The notes beneath the pieces are model-generated. The model had not been told where the DNA came from. It saw nothing but the letters and a program-made list of their open reading frames with translations, and made no database searches. Source: Alkanindiges illinoisensis DSM 15370 (lineage in GTDB: Bacteria; Pseudomonadota; Gammaproteobacteria; Pseudomonadales; Moraxellaceae). From it: a stretch of DNA of 32,000 bases. Each line of letters opens with the position of its first letter. Position 1 is the stretch's first letter. Made by a program: the position numbers and the translations under genes. Below are positions 29,497 to 32,000 of this stretch, piece after piece. Location: the NCBI RefSeq assembly GCF_000619845.1, contig NZ_JHUX01000003.1, positions 850,064 to 882,063 of the forward strand. The letters are read 5' to 3'.

Positions 29497-30807
29497 GTGA
29501 AAAAAAGCTGGTTTCCTAAATGGCAGCCTTATAAAGCCCGGATTGATAACGCCGTTGGAGTGCAATCTGTAGCAACTTATGAGTATCTGTCTGCTGACCA
29601 AAGTTTTGTTTTAGGTTTACAGCATGTTTTTGCCATGTTTGGGGCGACTGTCCTTGCACCATTATTGATGGGATTTGATCCAAATCTTGCTATTTTACTA
29701 TCAGGTATAAGTACCTTGCTATTTTTCCTGATAACAGGTGGTCGTATCCCCAGTTATTTAGGTTCGAGCTTTGCCTTTATTGGGGTTGTCATCGCAGCAA
29801 CCGGATATTCTGGCACAGGGCTTAATCCAAATCTGGCCACAGCAATGAGTGGTATTATTGCCTGTGGCTTAATCTATGCGCTCATTGGTGCTATTGTGGT
29901 TTTTGCTGGAACAAACTGGATTGAAAAAATGATGCCACCTGTAGTAACAGGTGCGATTGTCATGATTATTGGCTTAAATCTCGCGCCAGCAACCGTTGGC
30001 AGTGTGGCCAAAACCCAGTTTGAAATGTTAATGGCTTTATTTACCATTGTCTCTATTGGAACAGTTGCGGTTTTTACCTCTGGATTAATTCAGCGGCTAT
30101 TGCTACTTATTGGATTGATTGCATCATTTGCAGTATATGTACTTTTAGCTAATGGATTAGGTTACGGTGTACCAGTAAATTTTAGCCATGTCAGCCAGGC
30201 TGCCTGGATTGGTTTACCGCAATTTCATCAGCCGCAATTTGACAGCACTTCCATTTTGCTAATTGCACCTATTGCGCTTATCCTGGTTGCTGAAAATTTA
30301 GGTCATATCAAAGCAGTAAGTGGTATGACTGGTGAAAATCTGACACCTTATTTAGGACGGGCTTTTATTGCCGATGGAATTTGCACTAGTCTTTCAGGCA
30401 GTGTTGGCGGCCCAGGCATGACCACCTATGCTGAAAATATTGGTGTGATGGCAGTAACACGGATCTACTCTACCCTGATTTTTGTGGTAGCAGCACTCAT
30501 AGCCATTTTATTAGGTTTATCCCCAAAATTTGGTGCAATGATAAGCATTATTCCCACAGCAATTCTGGGAGGTGCTTCGATTGTCGTTTTTGGTTTAATT
30601 ACGGTTGCTGGTGCAAAGATCTGGATCAATAACCAAGTAGATTTTAATAATAATAAAAATCTGCTTATTGCAGCAGCAACATTAATTTTAGGCACTGGCA
30701 ACTTTGCACTTCACATTGGAACATTTGACTTGGGTGGCATTGGTACAGCAACTTTTGCAGCCATCTTACTCAATGCATTTTTTAACCTTAAAAAAGAAGT
30801 TAACTAA
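29497..30807 (+). CDS. NCS2-family nucleobase (pyrimidine/uracil) permease, RutG-like
   Basis: 436 aa polytopic membrane protein. QHVFAMFGATVLAPLLMGFDPNLAILLSGISTLLFFLITGGRIPSYLGSSFAF and VAENLGHIKAV...TTYAENIGVMAVTRIYS are collinear with E. coli RutG as I recall it. GTG start with AAGGA upstream. Confidence 0.85.
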   Translation: MKKSWFPKWQPYKARIDNAVGVQSVATYEYLSADQSFVLGLQHVFAMFGATVLAPLLMGFDPNLAILLSGISTLLFFLITGGRIPSYLGSSFAFIGVVIAATGYSGTGLNPNLATAMSGIIACGLIYALIGAIVVFAGTNWIEKMMPPVVTGAIVMIIGLNLAPATVGSVAKTQFEMLMALFTIVSIGTVAVFTSGLIQRLLLLIGLIASFAVYVLLANGLGYGVPVNFSHVSQAAWIGLPQFHQPQFDSTSILLIAPIALILVAENLGHIKAVSGMTGENLTPYLGRAFIADGICTSLSGSVGGPGMTTYAENIGVMAVTRIYSTLIFVVAALIAILLGLSPKFGAMISIIPTAILGGASIVVFGLITVAGAKIWINNQVDFNNNKNLLIAAATLILGTGNFALHIGTFDLGGIGTATFAAILLNAFFNLKKEVN

Positions 30808-30991
30808 AAACAAATTAATTGAGTTAACGAAAGTGCAGTTTCACAATACTTCTGCACCTTCAATTAATGAACTACTCTAAAACAGCTTACTTAAAATTAT
30901 AAATAACTATGAGTTCACTTTAGAAATAATCGGCACTAAGCAAATTTTGCTAATATAACAAACTGTTCTTTAAGATAAGGTAAATTAAATC

Positions 30992-31525
30992 ATGGCTAAA
31001 AATGCTCTACAGGCGCAGCTTTTAAAAGCCGGCTTGGTTGATACCAAAAAAGCCCAGCAAATTAATAAGCAAAATCAGCATGCGAAGCGCACTGGTGAGC
31101 AAACCGATGCTGAGGTGAAACAGGCTCTTGCTGAAGCCCAAACCAAGAAATTGCAAAAAGATCAGCAGCTAAATCTGGAAAAGCAGCGTGCTCTTGAAGA
31201 AAAAACGCTAAAAGCTAATATTATACAAATGCTTAAGCAGCATCGCCTTAAAGAAACTGATGGAGAAATAGTCTACCAATTTGTTGATAATGGCAAGATT
31301 AAAAAGATTTATATCACCCAGAAGCTTTATGATCAGGTAGTAGCTGGCCATGTAGCCGTTGGCCGTCTGGAAGATAGTTATGCCCTGCTTCCCCGCCCAC
31401 TGGCTGATCGTATTAATGAAAAAATGACGGGATTTATTGTTGTGGCTAATACCAAGAGTGAGCAACAAATGGATGAGGATGATCCTTATGCTGCTTATGT
31501 AATTCCAGATGATTTAATGTGGTAA
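30992..31525 (+). CDS. DUF2058 (YaiL-like) protein
   Basis: 177 aa. MAKNALQAQLLKAGLVDTKKAQQ, a Lys/Gln-rich middle, and the C-terminal DDPYAAYVIPDDLMW characteristic of the family. Confidence 0.75.
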   Translation: MAKNALQAQLLKAGLVDTKKAQQINKQNQHAKRTGEQTDAEVKQALAEAQTKKLQKDQQLNLEKQRALEEKTLKANIIQMLKQHRLKETDGEIVYQFVDNGKIKKIYITQKLYDQVVAGHVAVGRLEDSYALLPRPLADRINEKMTGFIVVANTKSEQQMDEDDPYAAYVIPDDLMW

Positions 31526-31621
31526 GTGATTTTTCTGATTGGGGGTTCAGTTGTGAGTTTTAATTTATCAAGTGTCATATAATTTACACTAGGATATTAG
31601 ATTAGTTATTTAATATAATAG

Positions 31622-31668
31622 CAAAAATAAAAACCGCTTATTCTTTGGAATAGCGGTTTTTATTTTTG
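31622..31668. terminator. Bidirectional terminator / extended palindrome between the DUF2058 gene and pyrF
   Basis: caaaaataaaaaccgc (31622..31637) is the exact reverse complement of gcggtttttatttttg (31653..31668). The inner arms tattc/gaata are also complementary, with one bulged t in the left arm. Confidence 0.75.
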
Positions 31669-31681
31669 CTAATTATCAAAG

Positions 31682-32000
31682 CTACTGAATAGACTGATAG
31701 ATTTGTATAAGCTTTTGTTGAGGGCTAGCAGCCTTTGTAATCGGACGACCAATTACCATATAGTCCACGCCATCCTGAATTGCCTGTAGTGGTGTTACAA
31801 TCCGTTTTTGATCATCGCTTGCACTATCAACAGGACGAATTCCCGGTGTAACCAATAAAAAATCCGGCCCCAATTGCGCTCTAAGAATTTTTGCTTCCTG
31901 TGCCGAGCACACTACACCATCTACACCACAGGATTTTGTTAAAGCTGCTAGTCTAACCACCTGCTCTGCTGCATTGACCTGAATGCCCAGCTCATAAAGA
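31682..32000 (-). CDS. pyrF: Orotidine 5'-phosphate decarboxylase, C-terminal part (gene continues past the right edge)
   Basis: [32 protein letters not shown]...[25 protein letters not shown] matches the PyrF C-terminus. The frame stays open upstream of the track's internal Met at 31960, out to base 32000. Confidence 0.85.
   Translation of the reverse strand, partial: LYELGIQVNAAEQVVRLAALTKSCGVDGVVCSAQEAKILRAQLGPDFLLVTPGIRPVDSASDDQKRIVTPLQAIQDGVDYMVIGRPITKAASPQQKLIQIYQSIQ

Noticed and set aside
27500-29500. Calling the orphan-vapBC pocket a mobile element
   Set aside because: There is no transposase, integrase, tRNA target or terminal inverted or direct repeats. Only composition and gene content hint at acquisition, so it is reported as a finding and not as a mobile_element feature.

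Overview
The window looks like a chromosomal segment from a moderately AT-rich gammaproteobacterium. The Pseudomonas-like EF-P/EarP pair and the isc operon suggest a Pseudomonadales or Moraxellales relative, but this is inferred from protein similarity only. Most of it is recognisable housekeeping. From left to right: a minus-strand exporter operon (TolC-like channel, HlyD adaptor, two ABC-2 permeases, the last running off the left edge); dapC-glnD; purT; a lipoprotein-earP-efp group (arginine-32 rhamnosylation type EF-P); ychF; a GST-like gene; a HIT hydrolase and a six-TM class III nucleotide cyclase; the isc operon iscR-iscS-iscU-iscA-hscB-hscA-fdx; a membrane-tethered SCP2 protein; a PhaF/PhaI-type phasin; hupB-ppiD; an orphan 275-aa protein; a vapBC toxin-antitoxin pair; a RutG-like NCS2 permease; a DUF2058 protein; and the 3' part of pyrF. 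I found no rRNA, tRNA, CRISPR array, transposase or integrase. I do not see a convincing multi-gene novel system. The items most worth a second look are: (i) the AT-rich pocket at about 27.5-29.5 kb, which holds the orphan protein (faint, unverified collinear resemblance to Tus) beside vapBC; (ii) a degenerate tandem repeat with two hairpin-forming 26-mers between ychF and the GST gene; (iii) a 329-bp ORF-free AT-rich spacer after fdx with interleaved inverted repeats; (iv) a 32-codon strongly acidic small ORF with a good RBS; and (v) an exporter operon with no ATPase gene at the expected position. All functional calls rest on my reading of the translated ORFs and remembered family signatures. 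No searches were run.
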